In this document: positions 9,353 through 18,437 of the stretch, one piece after another
Layout: every line of letters starts with the position of its first letter
Numbering within the stretch: the first letter of the stretch is position 1
Source: Candidatus Saccharimonadota bacterium
Lineage (GTDB): Bacteria > Patescibacteriota > Microgenomatia > UBA1406 > GWC2-37-13
Assembly (NCBI GenBank): GCA_001790095.1
Contig: MGBH01000001.1
Location: 870,001 to 902,000 of the forward strand
Reading direction: 5' to 3'
Length of the DNA: 32,000 bases
The notes under the pieces: generated by a model
Seen by the model: the letters and a program-made list of their open reading frames with translations, nothing else
Told to the model about the DNA's origin: nothing
Databases searched by the model: none
Made by a program: the position numbers and the translations under genes

Positions 9353-9724
9353 TTAGAGCTTGTTTTTTATATCGTCAATGTCTTTATGTATTTGTTTTTT
9401 TAGCTCATCCATACTGCTAAAAGATTTTATTTCTCGTATAAAAGAATTAATTGAAAATGTTACCTCTTCTCCATATATGTTTTTATTAAAGTCTAAAATG
9501 TGTATTTCCAAGATGGGTACTGTCTCTTTATGTAACGTCCGTGGTCCAAAATAAAGTGCTCCTTGATATGTTTTGTCTTTATAGATGACCGTTGAAGAAT
9601 AAATACCCTGTCTCATAAGGCTTGGAAGGATATGGGGATCAAGATTCACTGTTGGAAATCCTATCTGTCTCCCATTCTGAGCTCCCACTACTACTTTTGC
9701 CTTATACCATGTTACGTTAGTCAT
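9353..9724 (-). CDS. ribF: monofunctional riboflavin kinase (RibF C-terminal-domain type)
   Basis: GAQNGRQIGFPTVNL, GIYSS..., LEIHILDFNKNIYGEEVTF and FSSMDELKKQIHKDI match the riboflavin kinase domain. Only 123 aa, so no FAD-synthetase domain. Overlaps the upstream transporter stop by 8 nt. Confidence 0.85.
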   Translation of the reverse strand: MTNVTWYKAKVVVGAQNGRQIGFPTVNLDPHILPSLMRQGIYSSTVIYKDKTYQGALYFGPRTLHKETVPILEIHILDFNKNIYGEEVTFSINSFIREIKSFSSMDELKKQIHKDIDDIKNKL

Positions 9725-10622
9725 TTTTGAGCGTTGCTACCTTATAGATGGAAAATAGAACCACGATCGTCCCTAATATTTGAGTAACTGATAGCGGGTT
9801 CTTAAAATATACAAAATCGATAATCACAGCCGAGGCAGGAAAAACAAGCTCGCAGATCGCACTTACTTTCCCCTCAGTTTTTCTCAGACCAAAATAATAG
9901 ATAAGCTGTGCGACCATACCGGTTGTCAGAGTGATCGCAAGCAAAGTCCCCCACTGTGATAGGGTTACATTTGCCAAGGATGCGGTCTGCCCAAAAATAA
10001 CAAGAATGATAAGGGCAAAAATGGGAGCTACCAGAAAACGAAGATATGTCGCTGTGATAAATGAAACCTTTCTTAAAAGTATCTTAGAAAATGAGGTCGT
10101 TGATCCCCACATGACTCCAGCCAGTAGAGCAAAGATCGCTGCAATGAGAGTATCATTGCCGGGCGTAACATTTATGCGAAGATCTTTAAATGTGACAAAA
10201 TAAGATGCGACTATGGCAAGGATTGCCCAAACAAAGAATTTCTTTGATATTTTTTCTCTTAGTAAGATCGCGGCCATACTTATGGCCCAGATAGGTTGAA
10301 GTTGCTGCAAAAGCACGACCACAGAAAATTGAATGAAGTTAACCTTAGCTAGGGCTGCAGTATAAAAGATAGTTCCCAGAGCCCCGGAGAATAATCCAAG
10401 TATCCCCACGACCAACCACTCTTTTGCGTTAAGCACCCTTATTTCTTTTAGCACACGCTTCAAATAGAAAGGTGTCATGAGCACAAGACCAACTACATGC
10501 TCCAAACAAACGACTGTTGCAGCGGGTAATGAAAAAAGACTTCGGCGAAGCAACCCATCAACACTCCATAAAAAGGATGCAATCATGATAAAAATTGGAC
10601 CTGTTTTATTGGCCTTTTTCAT
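9717..10622 (-). CDS. EamA/DMT family transporter, candidate riboflavin importer (ImpX/RibN-like)
   Basis: Polytopic EamA-type protein. ATG at 10622 (MKKANKTGPIFIMIASFLWS); the track extension to 10706 runs through the riboswitch. It lies immediately downstream of an FMN riboswitch and is translationally coupled to riboflavin kinase. Confidence 0.7.
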   Translation of the reverse strand: MKKANKTGPIFIMIASFLWSVDGLLRRSLFSLPAATVVCLEHVVGLVLMTPFYLKRVLKEIRVLNAKEWLVVGILGLFSGALGTIFYTAALAKVNFIQFSVVVLLQQLQPIWAISMAAILLREKISKKFFVWAILAIVASYFVTFKDLRINVTPGNDTLIAAIFALLAGVMWGSTTSFSKILLRKVSFITATYLRFLVAPIFALIILVIFGQTASLANVTLSQWGTLLAITLTTGMVAQLIYYFGLRKTEGKVSAICELVFPASAVIIDFVYFKNPLSVTQILGTIVVLFSIYKVATLKND

Positions 10623-10642
10623 AAAAAAACCCCTTTCGGGGC
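10623..10642 (-). terminator. FMN riboswitch expression platform: GCCCC-GAAA-GGGG hairpin + U7 abutting the start codon
   Basis: The minus strand reads UGCCCCGAAAGGGGUUUUUUUAUG. CCCCGAAAG is complementary to CUUUCGGGG on the 5' side of the aptamer P1. The GGGG could also act as the ribosome binding site. Confidence 0.5.
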
Positions 10643-10656
10643 AAAAAAATAACAAC

Positions 10657-10776
10657 ATTCTTTCTTTATACCCGACTATAACGGTCGCTGTGGGAGTTAC
10701 ACCCACTCATCCTCGCCCAAAGGGCGGGTCGTAGAGTATACTACCGATCATGAATTTCATAAAACCCCGAAAGAAT
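10657..10776 (-). promoter_or_regulatory. FMN riboswitch (RFN element)
   Basis: The minus strand reads AUUCUUUCGGGGUUUUAUGAAAUUCAUGAUCGGUAGUAUACUCUACGACCCGCCCUUUGGGCGAGGAUGAGUGGGUGUAACUCCCACAGCGACCGUUAUAGUCGGGUAUAAAGAAAGAAU. It matches RFN blocks CUUCGGGG..UGAAAUUC..ACCGGCGGU, AGCCCGC, GAU..GGUG.AAUUCC..AGCCGACAGU and AGUCUGGAU..AGAAG. P1 is UUCUUUC/GAAAGAA. Confidence 0.85.
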
Positions 10777-10823
10777 TATGTAAAGAATACGTAATATATT
10801 TAAAATATGCAAGTAGATTTATA

Positions 10824-11744
10824 CTATGTATGCAGTCTTACGGATTTTTTTCCTTCAATCGTATAACTTTTCAACTCATTCCCTACGTGCAGTCTTGTAT
10901 CTGTTTGATATATTTGTATTATCTTTTGATAGTTTGTACTTACATCAAGTGTAAGTTCAGCTACAGTATCTAATAGCTTTAGTTCTTCGCCTTTAAGCTC
11001 TGATTCCTTTTCAAATTGCTTGTCAAAAAATGCTGGATAATCCCACGGAAGAAGCTCTACTCTGTTTAAAGATGCATAATCCCGAAGAAGGTCTGCTCTG
11101 ACAAACCACAGTCCTTTAATACCGATAAGATGAACCCCATAAAGGTTTGGATCTGTTTTCTTTTTCCTACAAAGCTGCCATGCTTTTCCTGAAAGAATAA
11201 ATTCATCGTTTGTAAGATCAAAATGATTTAGGTTTGAAGAAATGTTATGATGTGCACGTTCTTTTTTACCTATCTCACTGTCAACCATAATCCACCTTCT
11301 ATCCTTATCACTCCAGTATTCACATATCCAATGATCACTAAAAAGACCCTTACGGAAATATGATGCAAATCCACAACGCAAACGTGCTGGAATATGATGT
11401 GTACGAAGTATCGAGCAAAGAAGTATGGCAAAGTCTCTGCATGAACCGATAAAACGTTTTTCTGGAGTCCGCTCGTTCGTAAGAGATGATGGATCTAATT
11501 GGTGAATAATGTGAAGAATGTCTTTAATATATCGAGTGTCTGACTCGTTTTTCCTTTGTTCAGGAAGTATCAGATTATAAAAGGGGTGCAACCCATCCCT
11601 GTGAACTATAAGGCCGTGTACAATATCACATAGGTCAGGGATTGATATCGGCAAATCTTTATAGAGGTATTGATATTCTTGCGGATCAGTAAATATACTG
11701 TGAGTGCGATAATAGAGGAGCTCTTTACTCTCATCAATATGCAT
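10824..11744 (-). CDS. transglutaminase-like cysteine protease superfamily protein
   Basis: Core Cys-His-Asp arrangement: GSCRDFAILLCSILRTHHIPARLRCGF, DHWICEYW, RWIMVDS. Confidence 0.7.
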   Translation of the reverse strand: MHIDESKELLYYRTHSIFTDPQEYQYLYKDLPISIPDLCDIVHGLIVHRDGLHPFYNLILPEQRKNESDTRYIKDILHIIHQLDPSSLTNERTPEKRFIGSCRDFAILLCSILRTHHIPARLRCGFASYFRKGLFSDHWICEYWSDKDRRWIMVDSEIGKKERAHHNISSNLNHFDLTNDEFILSGKAWQLCRKKKTDPNLYGVHLIGIKGLWFVRADLLRDYASLNRVELLPWDYPAFFDKQFEKESELKGEELKLLDTVAELTLDVSTNYQKIIQIYQTDTRLHVGNELKSYTIEGKKSVRLHT

Positions 11745-11752
11745 AAATAAGT

Positions 11753-11825
11753 GAGCCCACTGGGACTCGAACCCAGAACCAACAGCTTAAAAGGCTGCTG
11801 CTCTACCAGTTGAGCTATAGGCCCT
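11753..11825 (-). tRNA. tRNA-Lys (anticodon UUU)
   Basis: 73-nt cloverleaf folded by hand: GGGCCTA TA GCTC AACTGGTA GAGC A GCAGC CTTTTAA GCTGT TGGTT CTGGG TTCGAGT CCCAG TGGGCTC A. No encoded CCA. Confidence 0.9.
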
Positions 11826-11890
11826 GTTGAAAACTTAATAATTGTATCAATCTAAATACGTATTATCAAGGAAAAACTCATGAGTTTGCC

Positions 11891-13732
11891 TTATGATTCT
11901 CTAATATCCCTCAATCTTCTACTCTCAACTCTTCTGGTTGTGGTTGAGAGCCATTGTTTGCGAATACGAAGACTCAAAGGGGTTACCTCAAGCAACTCAT
12001 CGTCAGCGATAAAATCAAGGCTTTGCTCTAAGGTAAGCGTGGTTGGTGGAATGATGGAGACTGATACTCCCTCACCTGATGATCGATTATTAGTAAGCTG
12101 TTTTGCTTTACATATGTTTACTTCAATGTCGTCAGATTTGTTGGCTACTCCAACCACCATGCCCTCATATGTCTCTGTACCATGTCCAATAAACAACGTC
12201 CCGCGATCCTGAATCTTTCCTATTGAATAATTAAAGGCTGTACCAGGTTTGACAGCCACAAGCGCGCCATTGCGAAGCATCTCCATCTTTGTGCCTTTGG
12301 GTTCATATCCTAAAAAATATGAATGGATCTGGGCAGTACCTCTTGTTTTGGTGAGAACGGAGTTGCGAATACCAAGCAGATTTTGACTTGCTATCTTGTA
12401 AACAATTCTCGTGCGTGAAGATTCTTTTTTCATGTCAAGCATTGAAGCGTGTCTTTTTCCCATTTCCTCAGTGATAAGGCCAAAAAATTCATCATCAACC
12501 TCAATAGTTACTTCTTCGTATGGCTCACAGATCTCACCATCTATCGTTTTATAGATGACCTGGGGTTTTGAAACTTCCATCTCATATCCCTCTCTACGCA
12601 TAGCTTCAATAAGCATAGCCAGATGTAGTTCTCCGCGACCAGCCACGATGAATTTTGCCGTATCACGATCATCTTCGACCCTTAATCCTAAGTTTGTTTC
12701 GATCTCTTTCATGAGTCGTTCTCTAAGCTGTCTTGATGTGGAATATTTTCCTTCTTTCCCGGAAAATGGACTAGTATTTGGACCGATCGTAACTTTTATC
12801 GTCGGTTCTTCAACTGCAATAGTTGGTAAACTTTGCGGAAAAGCCGGGTCACAAACGGTCTGACCGATGGTAAGATCCGGTATTCCAGCTATGGTTGCGA
12901 TATCACCTGATGATACTTCGTCAACCTCTACACGATTCAATCCTTTTGTCGTATAGAGTTTTTGCACTTTATAAACTCCAATTGTCTTGTTGTTGTCAAC
13001 AAGAGCTACCGATTGGTCTTTCTTTAAGCTACCTTGATTTACTTTTCCGATACAAAGTCTTCCAACATAATTGTCATAATCTAATGTAGATATAAGCATT
13101 TGAAGGGGTTTGTCTTTATGCTTAGCAACATCCGGAAACTCCCGGATGATCGTATCAAAAAGTGGAATAAGATCGCCTTTTGTATCTGTAGTATATGTAT
13201 CAGGAAGTTTGTAAAATGCCTTACCATCACGTCCAACCGCATACAGTGTGACAAATTCTAAAGAAGTATCGTCATCTGCAAGCTCTAAAAATAAGTTTTC
13301 TACTTCATTCATCACTTCCTCAGGTCGTGCATCTTTTTTATCTATCTTATTGATGACAAGTATGATCTTGAGACCTGTTTGAAGGGCTTTTTTTAATACA
13401 AATTTTGTTTGAGGAAGAGGTCCTTCAGCTGCATCAACCAGAAGGATGGCACCACTCGCCATATTGATAGTCCGTTCTACTTCTCCACCAAAATCAGCGT
13501 GTCCTGGAGTATCAATGACATTGATCTTTGTATCTTTATAAAAGATAGAGGTGTTTTTTGCGAGGATTGTTATCCCCTTTTCTTTTTCAAGTTCGTTTGA
13601 GTCCATGATAAGCTCTTGACTCATTTCCTTTTGATTGTCGCGAAATGAATGTGTTTGCTTGAGAAGTGCATCAACAAGCGTAGTTTTGCCGTGATCCACA
13701 TGAGCGATAATGACAATGTTTCTGATTTCCAT
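11891..13732 (-). CDS. typA: translational GTPase TypA/BipA
   Basis: G1 AHVDHGKTTLVD, DTPGHADFGGEVER, NKIDK, and full-length EF-G-like architecture with the BipA C-terminal region. Confidence 0.95.
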   Translation of the reverse strand: MEIRNIVIIAHVDHGKTTLVDALLKQTHSFRDNQKEMSQELIMDSNELEKEKGITILAKNTSIFYKDTKINVIDTPGHADFGGEVERTINMASGAILLVDAAEGPLPQTKFVLKKALQTGLKIILVINKIDKKDARPEEVMNEVENLFLELADDDTSLEFVTLYAVGRDGKAFYKLPDTYTTDTKGDLIPLFDTIIREFPDVAKHKDKPLQMLISTLDYDNYVGRLCIGKVNQGSLKKDQSVALVDNNKTIGVYKVQKLYTTKGLNRVEVDEVSSGDIATIAGIPDLTIGQTVCDPAFPQSLPTIAVEEPTIKVTIGPNTSPFSGKEGKYSTSRQLRERLMKEIETNLGLRVEDDRDTAKFIVAGRGELHLAMLIEAMRREGYEMEVSKPQVIYKTIDGEICEPYEEVTIEVDDEFFGLITEEMGKRHASMLDMKKESSRTRIVYKIASQNLLGIRNSVLTKTRGTAQIHSYFLGYEPKGTKMEMLRNGALVAVKPGTAFNYSIGKIQDRGTLFIGHGTETYEGMVVGVANKSDDIEVNICKAKQLTNNRSSGEGVSVSIIPPTTLTLEQSLDFIADDELLEVTPLSLRIRKQWLSTTTRRVESRRLRDIRES

Positions 13733-13854
13733 ATGCTTATATATGAATACATTCTTCGCGTAATATTAGTTAGCTGAAGAAAAAATATCCCTTACTGCTT
13801 AAGTAGTCTATTATACTATTTTGCTAGACAATAAACAATCTTAAAAGATAAGAC

Positions 13855-16011
13855 TTATAAACTCCAAATAAATATGGAGCGAAGAAGCCGAAGAAAATAG
13901 GATGAGTTTGAGGAATTTAGCTGCATTCTATTATTAGTACGCACGATTTGGTCACGTGAAGTCGCTGATTGCGATAGGTAAACTCCTGTAGTTAATACGT
14001 ATGGGATCCTCCATATAGCAAGCGCTAGGATTAAGAAAACTATGATACCGATAAGCAGGTTTGGATCTATGCCCTTTTCTCTTTTTTGGACTACTAACTC
14101 ACTTCTTTTAAAGCCAACCTTAGACTTTAATAGCTCCCAAATCGTAAAAAGTAATGCAGAGACGGAAATAAAGTATCCTATATGTTCAATCTTGCTCCGC
14201 TCAAATCTAAGATAGAAATCTCCCTCAGCTTTAACTATCATAGCATCAGGAGCTGCTCGATATAGAGCTAATCTATGCCCTTTATCATCGTATGCATGCC
14301 AGTTAGGAAAATAGGGAATTCGTACATAAACATATGACTTTTCAGTGGTATTTAGTCTTATATGATATCCATTTTGTCCACCAGATATGATCTGCGATGG
14401 TATAGAGGAAGAACTTGCTTGCAAGGACGCTTTTTCATCCATCCACCACTCTTCAACAAACTCTTTCCATTTTGTATGATCAATAAAGACTGGCTGTTCA
14501 ATAATATGGACTAAATCCGGAGAAAAAATATAGAGATAAAATGTTTGTGTAAATTTATTATCATTCACGATGACCGGTAAAGTTAGTTTTTTTTGAGAGA
14601 TAAAAGAGAGAACAGATGGTGATATAGGTTTAAGGCTCAATAACCAACTAATCCCTAGATCCTTCACGTGTTTGGAAATGAGTTTTGATAGGGGTGGATA
14701 TGTCTTTGTTCCCCAGATAAAAGATGAAGTGTCCAGTTCTTTTAAGAGGCTGTTCACAAAAACGCTTTGACCTGTAGACTCAACAAATCCCCCATTTAGA
14801 ACTTCTCTATCATTAAGCATGAGCTGTGAATACATATAATGAGGAGAACGTGCCCGAATAAAGAGACTGTCCGTATCAACAACCACAAGACCTCTTCCTT
14901 CTGGCAAAGATCTTATGAGAATCTGCATCCCAGGAACATGTACTGTCTTAAAATAAAAGGTTTCCTGGATGTTCACGATCAAACTCAACAAAAAAATAAG
15001 CAAACTAAGTACAACGCCCATTGTTTTTCTATTCCAAAGAGATAATGCCTGCGATATGATTATCCCCATCCATAAATAGACAAAGATAAACAGACGATAT
15101 ATATGCATCGGATATGAATCGTTATTAAAAGATAATCCGTATTTACTTATGACCATAAATAGAAGAAAAACAATGAAAAGTGAAAAAATGACACGTACGT
15201 TCGTAGATTTTTTTATATAAATAACAAATAGCGATAAGAGAAAGGCAACAAGAAAAATACTGCTTAATAATAGTGGTTTTTTGATAATAACTCCCGTTTG
15301 ATATTGAAAAAAATAGAGATAGGGTATGATCCAAAAGGCACATATTAAAATACTCAAACAGACGTGAATAATATATTGTTTTTTATTATCATGAAAGTAT
15401 AATACAAAATACGCAAGCGAACTTATTATTGCAGCTAGTGCAGTGACTAAGTGACTTACCATAATAAGGCTAAGACATATGCTTGATATAAGGAGAAACG
15501 GGTAAGAAACACTTCCCTTTCTCAAAAAATACAAGTACCAGAAGTAGAAAGGAAGAGCAAAGAAATTACTCACCAACCCTATCGCAAACGTACTGTAGAA
15601 ATCACCTCCTACATGTCCTTTTATTATAAAAAGCATGATAAATATCCAGATATAGGCCAAGATCCTTCCTCTATGCGAAGCGATAATACTTTTCAAGAAG
15701 AAATATATGCTAAAAGGTAGTGAGATAAGTGTTGATGATATGATGATTTTATATGATAGCTCAAGATTGTGGATGATCTTAGTAAGACCTCCAACCAACC
15801 AATGAAATAACGGAGGGTAAAAATATCCCTGAGGATATCCACCAAAAGCCAGACGATTCCATCCCTGGAACCAAGGCCATAATACCTCTCCATGGGAAGA
15901 AGCATTAAGGTGCAGCTGCATATCCCAAGCAGATAAATCAGAACGCCAAAACAACACCAAGTACGTTCCCATCGCAAAAGCAATACATATCAATATGGAT
16001 TTTCTGTACAT
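13855..16011 (-). CDS. large polytopic membrane protein, GT-C-like (putative glycosyltransferase)
   Basis: About 12 or more TM helices in the N-terminal two thirds, then a soluble domain and a C-terminal TM. N-terminal loop motif AWDMQLHL...GGYPQGYFYPPLFHW. Family assignment is tentative. Confidence 0.45.
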   Translation of the reverse strand: MYRKSILICIAFAMGTYLVLFWRSDLSAWDMQLHLNASSHGEVLWPWFQGWNRLAFGGYPQGYFYPPLFHWLVGGLTKIIHNLELSYKIIISSTLISLPFSIYFFLKSIIASHRGRILAYIWIFIMLFIIKGHVGGDFYSTFAIGLVSNFFALPFYFWYLYFLRKGSVSYPFLLISSICLSLIMVSHLVTALAAIISSLAYFVLYFHDNKKQYIIHVCLSILICAFWIIPYLYFFQYQTGVIIKKPLLLSSIFLVAFLLSLFVIYIKKSTNVRVIFSLFIVFLLFMVISKYGLSFNNDSYPMHIYRLFIFVYLWMGIIISQALSLWNRKTMGVVLSLLIFLLSLIVNIQETFYFKTVHVPGMQILIRSLPEGRGLVVVDTDSLFIRARSPHYMYSQLMLNDREVLNGGFVESTGQSVFVNSLLKELDTSSFIWGTKTYPPLSKLISKHVKDLGISWLLSLKPISPSVLSFISQKKLTLPVIVNDNKFTQTFYLYIFSPDLVHIIEQPVFIDHTKWKEFVEEWWMDEKASLQASSSSIPSQIISGGQNGYHIRLNTTEKSYVYVRIPYFPNWHAYDDKGHRLALYRAAPDAMIVKAEGDFYLRFERSKIEHIGYFISVSALLFTIWELLKSKVGFKRSELVVQKREKGIDPNLLIGIIVFLILALAIWRIPYVLTTGVYLSQSATSRDQIVRTNNRMQLNSSNSSYFLRLLRSIFIWSL

Positions 16012-17399
16012 AGTAGTATTTGACCTATCCCACCCATCAACGTCCTATTTTTAATACGGATCGTGATTGGTATGGGTTCATATGTCTCAACCAATATTGG
16101 CACAATTTGTGGCACAAACGACGCGTCTTTTCTACTAAACTTTCGTTTTGTACCAATAAATACATCAATATCATCATCTGCATAATTAATAACCATATAA
16201 TTCATTTTTTGCTTGGGATTCATAATGGTCCTGTACTCATAAATGGAAGACTGTTTCTGCATGAAATAAGGAAGTGTAACGGTAAAAGACTTATTCGATG
16301 CTGTTACGTCGAGTTTTTTTATTTCTTCACAGAAGAGGGGAGTTTTTAAAAAATAATGATTCTTATTTGAATATTGAGGGAAGATGTATTTACCTTCGGT
16401 CAACAAAAAATAGGGAAAATATAAAAGAAACACTATTATAACAGCCCAGATCTTATGGTTTTTTAAATATGGCAAAGATATCTGTATACCTCGTGCAGTA
16501 ATAAGAAATACAAGAGGTGTTAGGATGTACCAATGACGAAAATACGTGAACGTTAAAAATGTATTCATCCCTATCCATGCAAAAAGTAAATATACATACA
16601 CCATCCCCCCATCTTTTCTTTTCAAAATATCATAGACACCGATGCAAAAAAATGCAAACCACGGACCCCAGAAGTAGAACAGTTGAAAACATCCATGAAA
16701 AAGCATAAGAACAAAATCTTCAAGCAGGATAATATCAATAAGTCTGTTGTCGAGGAAAACATGGCCAGCAACTAAATGATAAGGAATAACACACAAAACA
16801 GGAATAATAAAAGCAGCTATATGAAGAAGCTTCATTCGTTTTGTGATTATAAGGAAAATGAAAATCAAAAAAAGTAATTGAAAACCCACAAGACGGGTTA
16901 ACACCATGAGCCCAATCAAAATACCAGTAAATACTGACATCTTCCATGAAGGCTTATATAAAAAATCATGCAGATATATGAGCATTAGTGAAAAAAGAAA
17001 AATAAAAAGAGCTTCACTGTAAAGCGAAATGGCATAGATAAGATTTAACGGAAATAAAAGGAAAAGTAAGATATAGATATGTTTATCTTTTAATGTAATT
17101 TTGTCTTTACCGTAACGCTCTATAAGAATATTGAGTACAAATCCGGTACAAATAATGAAGATTATATTCATGAGCCTTGCAACATGTGGTTTATCAAACA
17201 ATGAGAGCAAAAGAGGGTATAGAAAAGGATTTGTTGACTCAAATAGTATAAACGCTCCCCTCTCACGTATTGCCGTAGCCTGTACCCAGTAAAAAGTCTC
17301 ATCCCCAAACAATCTAAAAGAAGGTAAAAAGAAGATGGATATAAGCGTGAAACCTACGAAAAACGCGGCATACCATATAAGCTTTTTTTTCAGATTCAT
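15990..17399 (-). CDS. polytopic membrane protein, GT39/GT83 (PMT/ArnT)-like glycosyltransferase
   Basis: Multi-TM protein with an acidic first-loop motif (FGDETFYW), as in GT-C enzymes. Overlaps the downstream GT-C-like gene by 22 nt. Confidence 0.5.
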   Translation of the reverse strand: MNLKKKLIWYAAFFVGFTLISIFFLPSFRLFGDETFYWVQATAIRERGAFILFESTNPFLYPLLLSLFDKPHVARLMNIIFIICTGFVLNILIERYGKDKITLKDKHIYILLFLLFPLNLIYAISLYSEALFIFLFSLMLIYLHDFLYKPSWKMSVFTGILIGLMVLTRLVGFQLLFLIFIFLIITKRMKLLHIAAFIIPVLCVIPYHLVAGHVFLDNRLIDIILLEDFVLMLFHGCFQLFYFWGPWFAFFCIGVYDILKRKDGGMVYVYLLFAWIGMNTFLTFTYFRHWYILTPLVFLITARGIQISLPYLKNHKIWAVIIVFLLYFPYFLLTEGKYIFPQYSNKNHYFLKTPLFCEEIKKLDVTASNKSFTVTLPYFMQKQSSIYEYRTIMNPKQKMNYMVINYADDDIDVFIGTKRKFSRKDASFVPQIVPILVETYEPIPITIRIKNRTLMGGIGQILLCTENPY

Positions 17400-17457
17400 C
17401 GTCTTTTTTATTGTAGAAAACAGAATAAATTACTAGTATACTTTATTTATTACTAAA

Positions 17458-18018
17458 ATGTTTATTTCCAGAACATATTTACCCACAGCAGTTATTGTGT
17501 TATTGATTACTGTGCTTATCGGTTCTAAACAGCTTCTATTCCCTAACCCTTACAAAGATGCCTATGTACCAGAAGATGGATCAGTACTTGGCACTTATGA
17601 CTATCCACCTGCGTGTAATAAATCTATGGGTGATGCCAACTGCGACCGCTTTGTTAATAATTTGGATTATGTAATATGGAAATGTGAGTTCTTAGGAAAT
17701 GGTGTTTGCACAAGTCCTGCATCAAATAAAAAGGCGGATTTTAATGCAGATAATAGAGTAACACTCGTTGACTATGAGATTTGGAGAGCAACAAGCACAA
17801 ATCAAACCGTAACAAACACCCCCATCCCTCCAACAGTCACCAAAACCCCAACAGTCACAAGAATCCCACCCACTATTACGCATTCTCCTCCATTTACCAC
17901 TATAACGCCGTTTGCAAGCATATTCCCTCCCATTGATCCACCACCCGGAACAGGGTGTAACTGCGTCAAGACAAAGGGTACGCAGTGTCTAGACTGGGTG
18001 TGTCCTGTTACAGAATAA
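17458..18018 (+). CDS. small membrane-anchored/secreted protein with dockerin-like repeats, Pro/Thr linker and Cys-rich tail
   Basis: N-terminal TM. GDANCDRFVNNLDYVIWKCEF and DFNADNRVTLVDYEIWR resemble dockerin/EF-hand repeats. TNTPIPPTVTKTPTVTRIPPTITHSPP linker. C-terminal CNCVKTKGTQCLDWVCP. Confidence 0.45.
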   Translation: MFISRTYLPTAVIVLLITVLIGSKQLLFPNPYKDAYVPEDGSVLGTYDYPPACNKSMGDANCDRFVNNLDYVIWKCEFLGNGVCTSPASNKKADFNADNRVTLVDYEIWRATSTNQTVTNTPIPPTVTKTPTVTRIPPTITHSPPFTTITPFASIFPPIDPPPGTGCNCVKTKGTQCLDWVCPVTE

Positions 18019-18256
18019 TACTTTTAATACTAAATCGTTACTCGATCAAAACCTATAATAATTCTGGTATAAAATACCATATATACTATAAGCTAAGTAT
18101 TTTAATCTTCTTTTCAAGACTACCTATACCTATAATAAATAAATCAAACGCAGAGCTTTCTGACAATACATAAATAGATAGCCCTCTATTATAAGAGTTC
18201 TGCTTTTTAATAAAAAATAATGTGGATAACTTGTGGACTAAAAAGTGAGGGGGTTG

Positions 18257-18361
18257 TTCGGGGACTTGGACTCGAACCAAGATACGCAGATTCAGAGTCT
18301 GCGGTCCTATCCGCCTCGGCTCGACAATTACTCGCCTCGTCGAGACGGGCCATTAGACGAT
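18257..18361 (-). pseudogene. aberrant tRNA-Gln(CUG)-like copy: no 5' acceptor strand, 40-nt insertion in the D-loop
   Basis: The minus strand reads ATCGTCTAATGG-[40 nt, 18349-18310]-TAGGACCGCAGACTCTGAATCTGCGTATCTTGGTTCGAGTCCAAGTCCCCGAA. It is identical to the neighbouring tRNA-Gln from position 7 through the variable loop. Its T-stem is differently but still correctly paired (CTTGG/CCAAG), and its 3' acceptor TCCCCGA has no complementary T[CT]GGGG[AG] upstream. Confidence 0.5.
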
Positions 18362-18366
18362 ATTTG

Positions 18367-18437
18367 TTCCGAGACTACGACTCGAACGTAGATACGCAGA
18401 TTCAGAGTCTGCGGTCCTACCATTAGACGATCTCGGA
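18367..18437 (-). tRNA. tRNA-Gln (anticodon CUG)
   Basis: 71-nt cloverleaf folded by hand: TCCGAGA TC GTCT AATGGTA GGAC C GCAGA CTCTGAA TCTGC GTAT CTACG TTCGAGT CGTAG TCTCGGA A. No encoded CCA. Confidence 0.9.

Noticed and set aside
18221-18240. Perfect DnaA box (TGTGGATAA, the complement of TTATCCACA) plus a nearby 7/9 match, considered as oriC
   Set aside because: There is only one exact box, which is roughly what chance predicts for a 9-mer on two strands of 32 kb. There is no box cluster, no dnaA/dnaN nearby and no clear AT-rich unwinding repeats.
18220-18426. Plus-strand ORF of 68 aa
   Set aside because: It is entirely antisense to the tRNA-Gln gene and its aberrant copy, so it is an artefact of the GC-rich tRNA sequence.
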